Shown piece by piece: positions 1 to 13,039 of a stretch of 51,211 nt of DNA. Within the stretch, counting starts at the first letter, position 1. Each line of letters opens with the position of its first letter. The position numbers and the translations under genes were made by a program. The notes under the pieces are model-generated. The model was given only the letters and a program-made list of their open reading frames with translations. It ran no database searches and was not told where the DNA came from. Source of the stretch: Chromera velia (lineage: Eukaryota); NCBI GenBank assembly GCA_018398765.1, contig JAHBMJ010000301.1, positions 1 to 51,211 on the forward strand, read 5' to 3'.

Positions 1-3000
1 GGTGGGAATTTCAAGTGAACTTGAAGGGGCTGCAGGAGCTGGACAAAGAGAGTGATCCACCAACCCACGTACCCTTTTCTGGAGCATCCGGAAGCTTCCA
101 GGGAAGAGGTTGGCCCTGCAGAGAGATACGGATAAGTGTCATTCACAGAAAGAAGAAAGAAAGGAAATCTGAGTGCGTGTGTGTTTGACAGAGGGAAACG
201 AGAGGAGAGTTTTGGTTGGTGACTTGTGTCATTGCTAGAAGATCTATGGAAATTTTCTTTCAGTTCATTGATCCAATCTAGATAGAGGAGAAGTTTCTGG
301 CAGGCACCCAGGCGAGGGAAAATGAAGGTGCCATTAGCTGAGCCAGCTCAGCCTAAGCTTATCTGCACGGGAGGGGGGACTGATGATGTCCCCGAATTCT
401 TCGTCAACACCCAGCCTGCAGTCTGTCTGAATTATCGTTTCCCCCCCTGATGTCGGTTTGTCAGGTGCACGCGCAGCCAGAGAGACAGAGCGAAAGATGC
501 ACAGACAGTCACAGAGATTGACAGAGCTTCGCAGAAAATTCCTAGAGAGAGAGACAGACACACAGATAGAGACACACAAATAAATACAAGACAAACCTCC
601 TGAGATCCGATGTAGAGTCAAAGACATTAGAGGCGATGGTCGAGTTGAGAAACAACCAGGTGGACTCTAAGTCGAACACCTGTCAGAAGGAAAACAAAGG
701 AACGAGTCTATGCATCCGTATGGGAGTGCATGCAGCAACTTATTTGTCAGAGAGCAAGGGTGGCATAGGGCTCGTCTCTCATGTCTGTTTTTTTCTTTTT
801 TGTTCAGACGAAAGCAAAACTCCTTTTCTTTTGTTATCATCAGCTGCTGTACAGGTCATGTGAAGTATCTACTCTTCGGAGACTTTCCGCTCTGTCTGTG
901 AACGCGTAAGTACAGTGAAATGACTCTCCGTTTTTCTTCATTTAGCAGCCTGAAAAATCTACCTTTATGTGGAGCCCAGTGTGACGCACAAGAACATGAT
1001 GAAGCAAGTTCAACAGGCTGTAGCACTCCGATGAGTTGTGTACATCCCTACCTAGCTAGACTGATGGCAAGGAAGGGAGGTTTGACTACTCACCAAGTCT
1101 AACGGGATGGGTCCGGGTGATCCCAACATTTGCCTTTCAAACCGGTGATTCACGATCAACTGCAAGCATCATGATGTGTGAATAAATCTGTCTAATGTTT
1201 AATTGAGGATGCAGACACATGCAACACACATGCAGAGGCACACAAAAACTACCGAAAGTTTTCAAATCGGGATTTACCACAAAAAGGATTGAAGCATTCT
1301 GGTCAAATTTGAGGTATTCTACGCCCTCGATCACTTTCCTCGCATCGCCCCACTGAAAACAAAGAAGAACGAATTCACTTGGTGTTCCCTGATGCTTCCA
1401 CTCACCCGCTCTTCCCTAGTTCTCCACCACCTGCCCCAAGATCTCCTCTGCTCCTCTGGAGGTTCCGGAATGCCTCCGGAACACAAAGTTGTTGAGTGGG
1501 CATTCACCAGCATCGTACGCTCACCTGGCAAAAAGGGACACAGGAAAGGAGGTGAAGAGCGTCTTCAAGTTTGTCTGTAATTCATGTTTCATTTTACGAA
1601 TTGCGTCTGCCTGTCCTATTCTTTTGCATGCCTCCATCTGAAGCGAAAAGGACACAGAAACAAAGGAAGACACGCAAACAAACAAACAGAAGAACAAAGA
1701 AAAAGACCGACCTACCGATATTGTACTTCTGAAGAAAGAGCATGATGGAGAAGATGTAGGAGAACATCACGAAGATGAAAGTCCTCAACCGAATGTGCTG
1801 CTGGGGTTCCACCACAGCATGGTCTCCTCTCTTGATGAATTCTCTGCATTTATTCATTTCATTTGATTGGCAATCAATAATGAATAAGTCAATCTATCGA
1901 TCGATCGATCGATCAAGAGATTCTTCTCTACAGTCATAGTTTCTCTCTCTCTCTCTCTGATTTCCAAATCTTACCAGGAAACGAGCCAAAGACCTTTGTG
2001 TTGACTTTGTCGAACAACTTCAGCAAAGAGAAACCTTTGAAGTTCATTGAGCCAGGAAAAAATTCTCTAAAGAACTGTTCAACCGAGTTGAAGACCTACA
2101 TGCACACTGAAACCAATCCGACATCTTCCTTTTCTTCCCTATTTTCCTTCAGTCTCCACGCAGTCTTTCCTTTCCTGTCCGTTCTTCTGCTCCTTCTTTC
2201 CTTTCCTTTCCTCTCGCTTGTTCTGCAGCCTTCTTTCCTTCCCCCTGCACCTGAAAGGAAGGAAGTAGGGCGACGTCGCGGTCTCGACTGCCAGCTCTTC
2301 GTCTGTTTGCGGTCTCTCAGCACCGCCCCCCCCCTTCTCCATTCCAGACCCCCCTCCCTTGCCGTCTCTCCCTTTCTTGCCCGAGCTTCCGGAACGCTGC
2401 AGAAGTGAAGAGAAAGAAAAGAAGGAAACGGACGGACAAGGAAGATGAGGGCAGGTCACTATACACCACAAAAAGGGTGGCAGCCTTTCAGATGGTTGAA
2501 AAGAAAAAGTCATGAACATTTGAAGGAAGCAGTGCGGAGAAAGAAGGAGAGAGAACGACAGAGATCAACGAGACCTCGCGTCAAGAGACAGACGGGCAGA
2601 AAGGAGGATCTAGGAGAGCCTCAACCCCCCGAGCTGGAAGGAACGAATGAAATGATTCTTTTTGAGATGACAAAATCCATTCCAGTCTTCCTTCTGCTTC
2701 TCCTCACTGACTGACTGACTGACTCCTCCGTCCCCTGTCTCCTCTTCCGATTTGGCAAGCTGAAGGGAAGCATGCAGGGAACAAGGGAAGGGGGGACATA
2801 GAGAGAATGATCCCAGGGGGGCTGTCATTATTTGTTTGTGGTTGAGAGAGGGTGCCAAAAGGGCGGATGAGAGAAAACTTGGCCGGATTCTTGTTACAGA
2901 ACATGTCGTTACAGGCCGATGTGTTTGCTGTGCAATGCGGCCGCGTGATCAACAAAAAAGCCAGAGAGACAAACATCGGATCACCACAAATGAGAGGATC

Positions 3001-5559
3001 AGGAGATTTCAGACTCAAAACAAAGCATGCAGGAAAGGGAGTGAAAGCAACTGATGACGGTCCATCGTTTTCTCAGAGAATTTCATCGTGCCCTGCACAT
3101 TCAAGTGCTCTCTAAGTGGAGGAAACAAAGCCACAGCAAGTGCTTACATCACGGATTCCCTGTGAGTAGGTCGCTATGTGTTTAAGGAAGAGAACGAGAG
3201 GGATGAGATAGACACATTCGATCAAAGCGAAACCAACCGCATTTTTTCTCATCGCCGCTTTCTCCTTCTCCTTCTTCAGAATATCCGCAATATTCACTCC
3301 GGTCTCTCTGCAACACACAGACAACGAAAAGAGAGAGGACAACAGACACACAAATCTAAGACACGCAGAAAAACTCTCATCCGAAAGAGCTACCCAAACA
3401 GACAAAGACACAAAAAGAGAGACAAACAGAGAGACGAGAGAGACCGGTGAACAGGTAGACTCCCAGCGACACTGTAGTCGCCTTCACATCGTCTTTGAGA
3501 AATTAAACAATGGTATTGCTGATGTGTAGATCATCATCTCGCGTACAGTTTTTTGTCCGATTTAAAACTCACGGCATCTTGCTCAAATTGGAGAGCAGAA
3601 ACTTCACACACGGGAACAATCCCCCCCAAAAAGAGACTCAAACAGACCGATCGATAAAAAGCCAGGACAGAGACGGCATGTTGATTGTATGTAATTGACT
3701 GACTGACGGCATGTTGATCAAATTTTCGAGGGCCTCGATTTCGCCTTCATCAAGGGACTTCTCTCCCGCCATCTCACTCTGGAACCTCAATCTCTCCTTC
3801 AATAATTTCTTCTGCTCCTTGTCCTCCATCAGCAACAGGTGCGCCTGGTCCATTTTCTTGTTTTGTAAGTACTGCACAAAGGAGAGAATTACCGTCGAAA
3901 GGGAGTGTCGGTGTGCGCTTCTGATCCATCAGTATGTGAGGTTTATCAGGATTGACGAAAAATTGCTGTTAGACCTTCAGATTTTATCTCCGGCTGCTCT
4001 TTGACTGTTTGCTGTCAGTCACGTGTTTTGGGTGCGAGAACACAGACAAAAACAATTTGGTAATTCGATTCGAGTTCCCTTCTTCCATGCAAGCAGCCGT
4101 CGACCGTCTGATGAAGCGAAGCTGTCTGGGTCTCTCTCTTTCTCTTTCTCTTTCTGACGTGCATGTCCGCACTTTGTTTCGTTCCTCATGTTTCTTGAAG
4201 TGCCAACAAGAGGAAAGGCAGACATTTGGTGCTGCAGTGAATGAAATGAAGACGGCCTGGACCACCCCGTCAGACATTCACGCAGCCTGTACGTGTGTGA
4301 CTGACCTTCCAGACTTTTACTGGGGGCTCTGCTGCCTCCTTCTCGCGTTCCTCGATCTTCTTTTGCTGCAGGGAGGGATCCGGAGGACATGCAAGCATTA
4401 CCTGAAAAAGAATTCTGTATGGAAAAAACAAATGCTGCAGAAAGAGATGCGAAGGACATGCAAACGGCGGCGAGCAGGGATTAACACGGGATGGAGTAGC
4501 TCAGAAAAGAGAGGGAGAAAATATGGAAGTTAAACAAAACAAAATCAACCATGTCCAATCGTATACAGTATGGTTGCAGACTGTTCAGACAAGCTTTATT
4601 CTTCAAAGGGTTCAGCATCACATCAAAATCTGTGTGTCTGATTTCCCAATTTTCTTCCACTCGTCTTGCCGAGGCTTTCATTCTTCATCTCTTCTGTGTG
4701 CCCAGACTGACTGACCTCCTCCTCAGGGAAGCTCTTGACTGCCTCATGGTACTTTTTCATGAGAAAGACCAGATCGAGGCTGTTAACGTCCCCCTTTTCC
4801 TGCCGTGTCTTGATGAACTGCGGCATTTGATATTCTTTGGGGTACGCTTGGCTTGGGTATGATTTCTCCAGGAGGTCGAAATTTCGGACGATTTTCTCCT
4901 TCTCCTCTTTCTTCCAGTTCCGGTGGCGCTCATCACTGATGCTGTAAATCGAGAACTCGCGGTGATTTAGACCCCAGAACGCACACGCGTCTGCAAGGAA
5001 ACAGGGAACATGAATCAGAATTGAAGAGCCAGAATTGCCGGGGAAGGAGAAAGTGAAGCATAGAAAGGGCAAAGAAGAAGTGCAGGAAACGAGGGATGGA
5101 TGCGTCACTGAGAGCAAAACTCCTTCCTGACTACTCTGCCTCTCTCTCAATGAGAACCTGAACGAGAACCTTTTGACGCATGCCTTTTTTCTTTTAAGAA
5201 AAAGATTCGTTTAACGTACCCGTGTAACGCATGGGAAAGACAAGAAAGAAAAATGCAGTGCAAGAAAGCGATAATGGATCAAATTGTACGTGTACTTCTC
5301 TCTCTTTCTTTCCTCGTCTCACCTTGTTCAAGTTCATTCACTGTCGTGTCTTGTGTGACCTGCATGTGTGCGCAACAACCACAAAAGAGACAAACAAACA
5401 AACAGACAACGAGACAAATAGAACATTAATGAATGAATGAGGAGAGCAAGTGGCTAAATGAACGAGATGTTGGGTTGACAGACGCCCAAATGTGCAGACC
5501 ACACGATACATCTGCACTTTACCCCGAAGAACGCTTCACCCTCCCCCCCAACACACACA

Positions 5560-5607
<48 letters not shown>

Positions 5608-6906
5608 AGTCAAATGGAAAGGACGCACGTATAGACAAAAAAGGCATATCCATCGAACCATATAGAAAGACAATGAGACAATCCCGCAGGCAATCACATA
5701 GAGAGCAAGAAAGCGAAGAGAGAGAGCACCACCCGACTGACCTCCCAAGTATGCCAGAAGAATTCTGGTTCCGGTCTTGAGTTTTTCCGAATATTTCCCT
5801 GAGGAAGTTTGCATAGTTGGACTGCCACCACTTGGTTTTTTTCATTTTGACGTTCCCCCCTTCCTTTTGTCTGCCCACTCCTCTCTTGATTTGACAGACC
5901 CCCCCGATCTTTCGCTTCACCCCCTCCCCCTGCCTTGGAGGTTCCGTCTTTCTCCAACCCCGACTCCCCCCCCACTTCTGCACCTGCATCTGGGATAGCC
6001 CCAGATCCACCTGGCCCCCCTGCATTGAAACAAGGCGGCATTTGTACTTTTGAATATGAAAATTGGATGTAAAAAAAGGGGGTTCTTCCTTCAGATCCTT
6101 CACAACCAGATTGCTTGCAGGACAGTAAGTTTGAATGAAAGAGGAAGTTTCTATTTGGAAGAAACAAGGCAGGAAAGAGCGGAAGTTTGGAAAAGCACAA
6201 ACAAACAAACAAAAAACAAACAAACAAAAAGACTGAAGTGTCCCATCTGGTCGTCTCATTCTCTCTCATCTCTCAGCCAACCGACGGACCTCCAGATGAG
6301 GACGCCGCTGCCCCCTCTGCTTCGGCCTGTTTGGAAGCCTCCGCCTGCACTTGCCGGAGGACCTTCGCTCTTTTCTCCTCAGCCAGAAAAGGAATTTCAG
6401 TCAGTCTGCAGTGATCAAAAGAAGGATATGAAAATACCCATCGAAGGACGGCCAATGAAGGAAGCATCGAAGAAGGGACCGCTTGCAAAGATAGAAAGCA
6501 AAGGGCCTCTGGAGAGGAAATCAAGCACAAAGAAGCGGACTGGAGGCAAGTTAGGAGAAAGAGAAACAGAAAGACTAAGACAGAGAGACAGAGAAAGAGA
6601 CGATGGGAAGAGACACATAGAGAGAAAAGCGGTCAACCAAGCGGAGGAACGGCCGAACGGACCTTGCTTGGAGAAGGTCCTGAAGTTTTTCCTTGATGAT
6701 CTTCGTTTGTTCTTTCTTGACGCTCTCCTGTTTCTCTGTGGGGGTCGTCTTGTACAGGATCTTTCTCTGTTTCCGATGGTCCTGCATTCAGACGCCCGAG
6801 AGGAGAAACCAGCTTCAGAGACATAAGGACGGTGGTTGACGGTATTATGATGAGCCTATGTGAAACACATAGGGAGAAAGGCCGAAGGACAGAGGCAGAG
6901 ACAGAA

Positions 6907-6945
<39 letters not shown>

Positions 6946-7637
6946 AATGCAGATAGACGGAGAAGGACGGTGAAAATGGATGACAGTTTGAACGTATGAC
7001 TGACTGACTGACGGCTTCGTCTTTCAATTGGCGGTGCAGGTCTGCCTTCGCCTTTTTCCGCTCGTGGAGCTCTGTGGTGATGCTGTTAAGAAATTTCTGC
7101 AACAATCAAACAAACAAACAGACAGGTGTGGCGACTGACAGAATTTTGGTCCCACTGCAGTTCAGATTTCTGTCGCAGGATACAAGCTTTCCAAACACAT
7201 AGAGAGGACACACAGCAATGCGTGTAGGAGGAGACGTCCCTTACCCGAGGTATGTGAGCTTGAAAATGCAATATCAAGTCACTAGAGCAAGAAGAGAGTT
7301 GATTGAGAAAGAGTAGACCGCTTTTTTCCATGCGGAAATCTCCAATGAGATTTGCGTGGAAGTGCATGCATGCACGCATGCATCCACACTGAGTGTCTCT
7401 GACTTGTCTCATCTGTTGCGTCCAGCCCGAAAGCCGTGATTCCAACAACTTCTGCGCACTCACACCAAGATTTCGTTCTCTCAATCAATCCCGACTGACT
7501 TGTTGTCTTTGGACGTGTTCCCTCGTCCTGAGTCTGTTCCTTTGGAGGACCAAAATCTTTTCCCTCAACTCGACCAGGGACCCCTCAGTGAGGCCCTCGT
7601 TGGCCGAGGCAGAGAGCTTCGTCACACGTCCGTCCAT
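1..7637 (-). CDS. Large multi-exon hypothetical membrane protein (coiled-coil N-terminus, short ubiquitin-like-looking segment, hydrophobic helices; possibly polycystin/TRP-like channel); 3' end runs off the window, 5' end may extend to the ATG at 7905
   Basis: GT-AG exons chain mostly in phase: 7637-7500 MDGRVTKL...HVQRQQ; ~7450-7404 KLLESRLSGWTQQMRQ; ~7097-7013 KFLNSITTELHERKK; ~6781-6664 DHRKQRKILYK; ~6405-6290 LTEIPFLAEEK; ~6019-5742 ...PEPEFFWHTWE; ~5359-5323 VTQDTTVNELEQ; ~4990-4716 DACAFWGLNHREFSIY...FPEEE; ~3871-3708 YLQNKKMDQ...LINMP; ~3307-3147 ETGVNIAD...AVGFALIECVYLIPLVLFLKHIATY (hydrophobic); then exons at ~2095-1976, ~1843-1716 (FIFVMFSYIFSIMLFL, hydrophobic), ~1524-1406 and ~1352-1278. 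Some junctions in the 3' half were not resolved. The family assignment is only a guess. Confidence 0.6.
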
Positions 7638-7944
7638 CTTACCCGTCTGTATGAAAAGTCACTTGGGCGGACAGCCAACGCCACCGTAAGGCGACAATGC
7701 GTTGTGTTCCACTTCTATTATTCAATGGAGAAGATGATTGAGTGTTGCTCACATGTACGTAATAATAAGGTTGGTTGTTCGAAACGCCTACAAGCGAACA
7801 ACGGAAGAACGAACGTCGAAGTGCAGAGACAAAAAAGAAAGCAGTGCAAAGAGCAACGAGTTGAATAGAGGTTTCTGGTGCTGATCGATCGGCGAACGTA
7901 CTCATGGTGGTACCTATATAGCTTCAAACAACGGGTAAATTCTT

Positions 7945-8105
7945 TGTTGACGCATGCACGCAAACAGAAATTTAAAATTTGCGCTCGGAATGCGCGCAAA
8001 GTTGCGCCGCAAACGCGCGTGCATGCGCGCGTGCGTCGCAACAAAAAAGGGAGATCGAATGCATGCATGCATGACGCACGCGCGCCGCTGCGGCCCCGAA
8101 ACGCA
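7945..8105. promoter_or_regulatory. Putative bidirectional promoter with TGCATGCA and GCGCGC motif cluster
   Basis: Dense GCATGCA/TGCATGCATGCATG and CGCGCG/GCGCGC words between two divergently transcribed genes. TGCATGCA is a known ApiAP2-binding motif in apicomplexans. Confidence 0.55.
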
Positions 8106-8701
8106 AGTTCTGGAGTACAGTGGAGGAGACGCCTCAACGTATCAAGTGAAAATCCTTGGCGTTCGACACAGAGGATCACAGACTTTGCTTGTCCGCCCGC
8201 ATGCAGGAAAATGCAAGGAAATCCTGCCGACTTGTATCTGTGCCTCGAGTGGTCTCGTGTGGAGTTTGGCTGTTCTCTGGTTGATTTCTGAATTTCGTCT
8301 GTTTTTCTGTCCGTCCTCCATTTTTCCTCACCACCACCCGCCCCTTTGTTCCTGCCGATCATTCTCGTCTTGTGCAGCTTCGAGAGTTGCACAGTGACAG
8401 GAAGGTCTGCACTATTCCAACGAACCAGAAAGAACCTCATCACCTTGGCTTCTGGTCTGTGGGGGTTCGTCTGGCTCGTAGGCCTGGTTCCTTTTTTTGA
8501 AGGAAGCACTTGCTTGAAAGTCTGTCAGAGTGTCTCGTTTTCCCACTCGAGACAGAGACAGAAATCTTCATTTGCCCTTCCAGTGCTCTTGCAGTGTTTG
8601 CTTTGAGCCTGGCCGTGAAGAGGGTAGAGGGCAATCCAGGTTCTCTGCTCTATTTATTTGTGCCTCGATTCGCGTGAGGGGTCTCGAAAGAAAGAAAGAA
8701 A

Positions 8702-9511
8702 ATGATGAGAGCTCCTTCTGCTGTCCGGAAGGGGTGCCACCGATCGATCCCTCTCCGGGATTCGTGGCACAACCTTGGCTCCTACACTCTCACAGAGAAG
8801 GATTCGAGTCAGTGGAGAGCGATCAAGGCAAAGGACTCCGTGGTGGAGGGCACCATTTCGGCTGGGGGCACTGCTCCGCCTCCGATTGATTGGGCGAAGT
8901 GGGATGCAGCGATTTCGCATAAGAACATTGTCAGCAGCATGAAGGGATTCCATGATGCGCAGGTTGCAATTTTAGATGCAGCCTTGAAAGAAGATCACTC
9001 GAAGGAGGTTTTGTCCCACACAAAGGGATGGGACCTCCTAGACTCGTCTGTGAAGTCTTGTGAGAAGTCGGTGGAGAAGAGCGAAGAGATTGTGGCTAAC
9101 GGTGCGAGGGCTCTATGGCTCTCTGCACGCAATCCCGATTTGTGGTCCATTGACACGAATGAGTGGATTGACTCCGACGCCTACTGGCAGGCGTTCATGG
9201 AGAAACACTTCTTCCACAACGACCCTGAGATAGAGACCTCCTGGGACTTGGAGAGCGACGAATTCGACAAGGCGATGTCAGACGAGTTCATCAAAATGAA
9301 GAAGAAGTTCAACGACAAGAGCGATGTGCCCGTGAACTTCTCCATGATGGCACAGTACTGCTCTTGGGTCAGTCGGTCAGGCAGGCAGCAAGGGAAACAA
9401 GTAGATAGACAGGCAGAGAAGCGTCGCTGTTTCCTCCCTGCAATGCTGGTCTTCCTTTGGACCTCTCTCTCTGTTTCTTTGTCTCCTTGTCTCTTCATCT
9501 CTTTGTCTCTT

Positions 9512-9563
<52 letters not shown>

Positions 9564-10845
9564 CCCGCGCGCTCGCTCTGTGTGTGTGTGTGTGTCCCTC
9601 TCCTTCCCGCCATTCTCTCTGTGGGGCGCGCGTGCACCCGCTCTTTGTCTCTGTGGGTGTGTAAGTCAGTCAGTCAGTCAGTCTGTCTGTGTGCGTCTCC
9701 GTTGCTGCTGTGCTTCTGTTCTCTGGTTCGTTCGTATCAGCACCCTTTCACACCCATCTGAGCGCTTTGCTTTCTCTCTGGATCCGTCACTCTCTGGAAG
9801 GCGTTCTTTGTCTTCCGACACTCTCTCTGTCCTATTCCGATTGCGACAGACAGAACAAGTGGGTCATATCGGTCAAAGTGATCCACTAGTGTGCTTGATA
9901 TCTCTCTGAAGGAGTCTTCCTTTCCTTCTCTGTGTGTATCTGTCTCCATGCATTTATTTGTTCCCTCCAACTGTCTGCAGGAGTACTATGACGTGTACAG
10001 GCGGGCTCTGTTCGAGCACATGCTCTACTACCTCACGCGCACCGGGGGGGACGCGCGGTTCTTCCCCGAGATCCCGCCCCCCGCCTGGCTAGTGCAGATT
10101 GAGGAGTTGAGGAGCAGATTCGTTAACGTGGCACACAGACGCAGGTGCGCAAAGCAGGACGCAGGCCTCCTGCGTGTGGCCGCTCTTGACCTCCAACCAG
10201 CAGACTACGAACACGGTCACGGAGAACACCATCATGAAGATCTGGTGGCGGCGGAATCGGAGAATTTTGAATTTGCGGCAGCGCGTCTGATGGGCTCATA
10301 CGCTCTGTTTGCAGATCCGTACGTGCCCTGTCAGAGCGCAGCTGCGGTTGTGCGTGCCGTGGGTCTGGATGGGGGTGCGGGGAAGTTTGTGAGTGTGGGG
10401 GCGGATGTGAATTGCATTTTCTATCTGCCCTCCGAGGGTGCCACCAGCATGGCGACGCCCTCAGAGGCCAACACAGCCCTGTTGGACCATTTGGCAATGA
10501 CGGGGCGCCGCCTGAACCCCTCCTATGCGAACTTGATGCAAATCTTCGCCGACACAGTCGAGTCCAGGGGGGACCCATGGCTGACTGCGCCGGGTTGGTT
10601 CTGTTTTTGTGTGTGTGCCGCTTCGTTTGTATTGAGACAGTCATGAGTCCTTCACTCAGTGGGGAGAAGAAAGGGAAAAAACGGTCCAATCCTGAATGAG
10701 TGAGTTGGGCAGTGAGTGAGTGAGAGAGTGAGTTTGTGAGTGAATGTCTATCCGCAAGGAGGAGGAGAAAAAAACGAGGGGAGTCCCCGTTTTTACTTGA
10801 CTTGTTTCGTCTGTCTGGTGGCACATACACACACACGTACATACA

Positions 10846-10884
<39 letters not shown>

Positions 10885-11972
10885 GCAGAGCCAGAGCGAC
10901 TGCTGTCCACGCCCCCACTCGAGTACCTCGTGATCCTGAAAAGAGCCCTGCTAGAATTTCTCTTTGTGTTCTTTTTTCACTCTGCCGGAGTCCCATCTTG
11001 TCTGGTCTTGTCTCACTGCTTCCTGCCTGCTGGTTTTCCTTTCTCTCCATTCCTTCACATATTTTGGTTTATCAATTTGCCGATTCCTTTCTTCATTTGT
11101 TTTCTCCCCCCCCCTTCTCTCTCTCCCTCCACACCGGTCTGCATGCAGGGGAGAGTGTTGCCGACGCGTTCCTCCGCCGTTTGAAGTCTGACGACCCCGC
11201 CCGGCCGGTCTTCGAGGCCTACGTGGCCGAGCTAAAGGCGAAGTTCTCCAACAGCAACGCAGAGATGAAGACGCTGAGCCTCGATGAGGTCCTGCAGCGC
11301 ATGCCCGCCATCGAACAGAGGTGGGACAGTGCGTGCGTCAATAGTTTGTCATGGAGTAGAGGACACAGGAAACTCTCGGGCAGCGCTGCCGCTTTTCCTT
11401 CCTTTTTTCTTTCTCTGGCATCCTCCTCCTGTCAGGCCCTGCTTTCACACAAACACGCCTTGCCTTTCTCATCCTCACCCATAGACGAAGAAAAAAATTC
11501 CATCCCTCGACTGACAGTCACAGACAGGACGACAGGCGCAGAGAGAGTATGCGACTGAAATCCCGCACCGCAGACATGTGTACAGGAAGAACAGACGCGA
11601 ATGGTGTGAGACTGACTTGCTGTTTTTTTTGTCTGCTCTTCTTTTCCTCCCTCCCTTTTTCTTCAATTTCCTCACAGATACGGCCAAGAGACTGCTCTCT
11701 ACGAGCAGCTCCGCCTGTCAATCGCAAAGCAGCAGGCGGGCCCCTCCCGGGAGGCCCACGATATGGTCTTGTCTCTGAAGGACGAGGGGGGCCTCGGGAA
11801 GGCGTTGGCGTCGGGGTCCCTGACGGCAGTGGATCCTCTGGGTCCCTCTGTGGCGGTGGGGGAGGAGGGAGAGTTCGTGGAGTCTCTCTCTGCCTTCCAG
11901 TCGGATTCGGTGAAGGTCGTGGAGGCAGTGGAGGGCACCAAGGTTGAAGCTCTGGACATGAAGAAGAAATGA
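8702..11972 (+). CDS. ATP5PD: Mitochondrial F1Fo ATP synthase subunit d, large apicomplexan/myzozoan type; 4 exons, ~581 aa
   Basis: Exons 8702-9367, 9981-10593, 11149-11320 and 11678-11972, all GT-AG with consistent phases (1746 nt). Motifs IDWAKWD, KSVEKSEE...NGARALW, TNEWIDSDAYWQAF, SWEYYD...EHMLYYLTRTGGDARFFPE and WLTAPGESVADAFLRRLKSDDPA match my recollection of Toxoplasma ATP synthase subunit d. The N-terminus is basic, like a mitochondrial presequence. Confidence 0.92.
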
Positions 11973-12059
11973 GGAGAGGAGACGGGGAAATGAATGCTGA
12001 GAAGAGATGAAGGGGGGGGGGACTGGGTGGGTTGCACAGATGGATGGATCGGTGCAGGG

Positions 12060-12980
12060 TTGGGCAAAGAGGAGAAGACCAAGGGGGGAAAAGCAAACGA
12101 TGTGTTGAGCAAGTGCGATGAAAAAGAGAGCATTTGAACCCTTTCCCCTGTCTGTCTCTCATCCTTCCGCTGTGCCCGGTTTATTTGCGTTCACTCTTCT
12201 TCCATCCGTTCACTCATTTCTCGTTTCTCGCCGCTCTTTTTTCTCCTTCCACTTTACCACATCGTCGCGCACAAGCAGAGGGAATAATCGAGGGAATAAT
12301 TCATCCCTCCTTGCACCTCTCCACCCCACCATCCGGCCTGCCCCCCTTTTCTCGTTTCTTTGCATTTGCTCGGCATGACAGAGTGACTCTGCTTCAACCA
12401 CGAGTCAGAAACGATGTTGGGGCTTTGCATCCTACCTTCACCTTCATCCCCTTCTTTTTCTGTTTTTTTCACGGGAGGGAAAAACAAAGTCTGTTTTTTC
12501 TCCGTCGTCCTCTCCCTTCTTTGCTTTTTCTCCTTTTCCCGTCTGGGCGTACAGGGTCGGGGCTGAGCGTCTGCAAACAAAAGCCTGTCCTTCCTTTCTC
12601 ATTCTGTCAGCCTGCCAGTGGCTGTCTGCCTGTCTGCTGCTACGTTTCTGAATCTGCCCCCTGATTTAAGTTTCTCCCTTGGCGCTACTCTTTTTTTCGG
12701 CGTCTTCCTTTCCTTCCGCCCCATTGTTCTTCCTGCTCTTTCCTTCCCTTCATCACCCACCCGCACACCCACTCGCTCAAGCAAGGGAGCGCCTTCATAC
12801 TGCTCTCTAAATCATCATGAATGCGTCCTTGCCTGTCTGTGTGTGTCTACCTGCATGTGTGTGCAAGGCTGAAAGGAGGGAAAACCTCAAGTGTGCATCT
12901 GTTGTTCGTTCCCGACGGGTGAACACTGCACTGAATGAAAAAGACCAAATTGGAGTCCAAACATAGTTTCTTTGCATACT
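12060..12980 (+). repeat. Dispersed non-coding repeat, copy 1 (diverged from ~32058-33090)
   Basis: Shared blocks in the same order, e.g. gcaaacgatg, ttccactttaccac, tgcatcctaccttcacct, ctcattctgtcagc, tacgtttctgaatctg, ggagcgccttcatactgct, gtgtctacctgcatgt, tgttgttcgttccc. Boundaries are approximate. Confidence 0.8.
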
Positions 12981-13039
12981 TTGAGAGGGGAAGGTGTTGA
13001 TAAATCAATCAGAGAGACAACAGTCGCCTGTCTCTTTGA

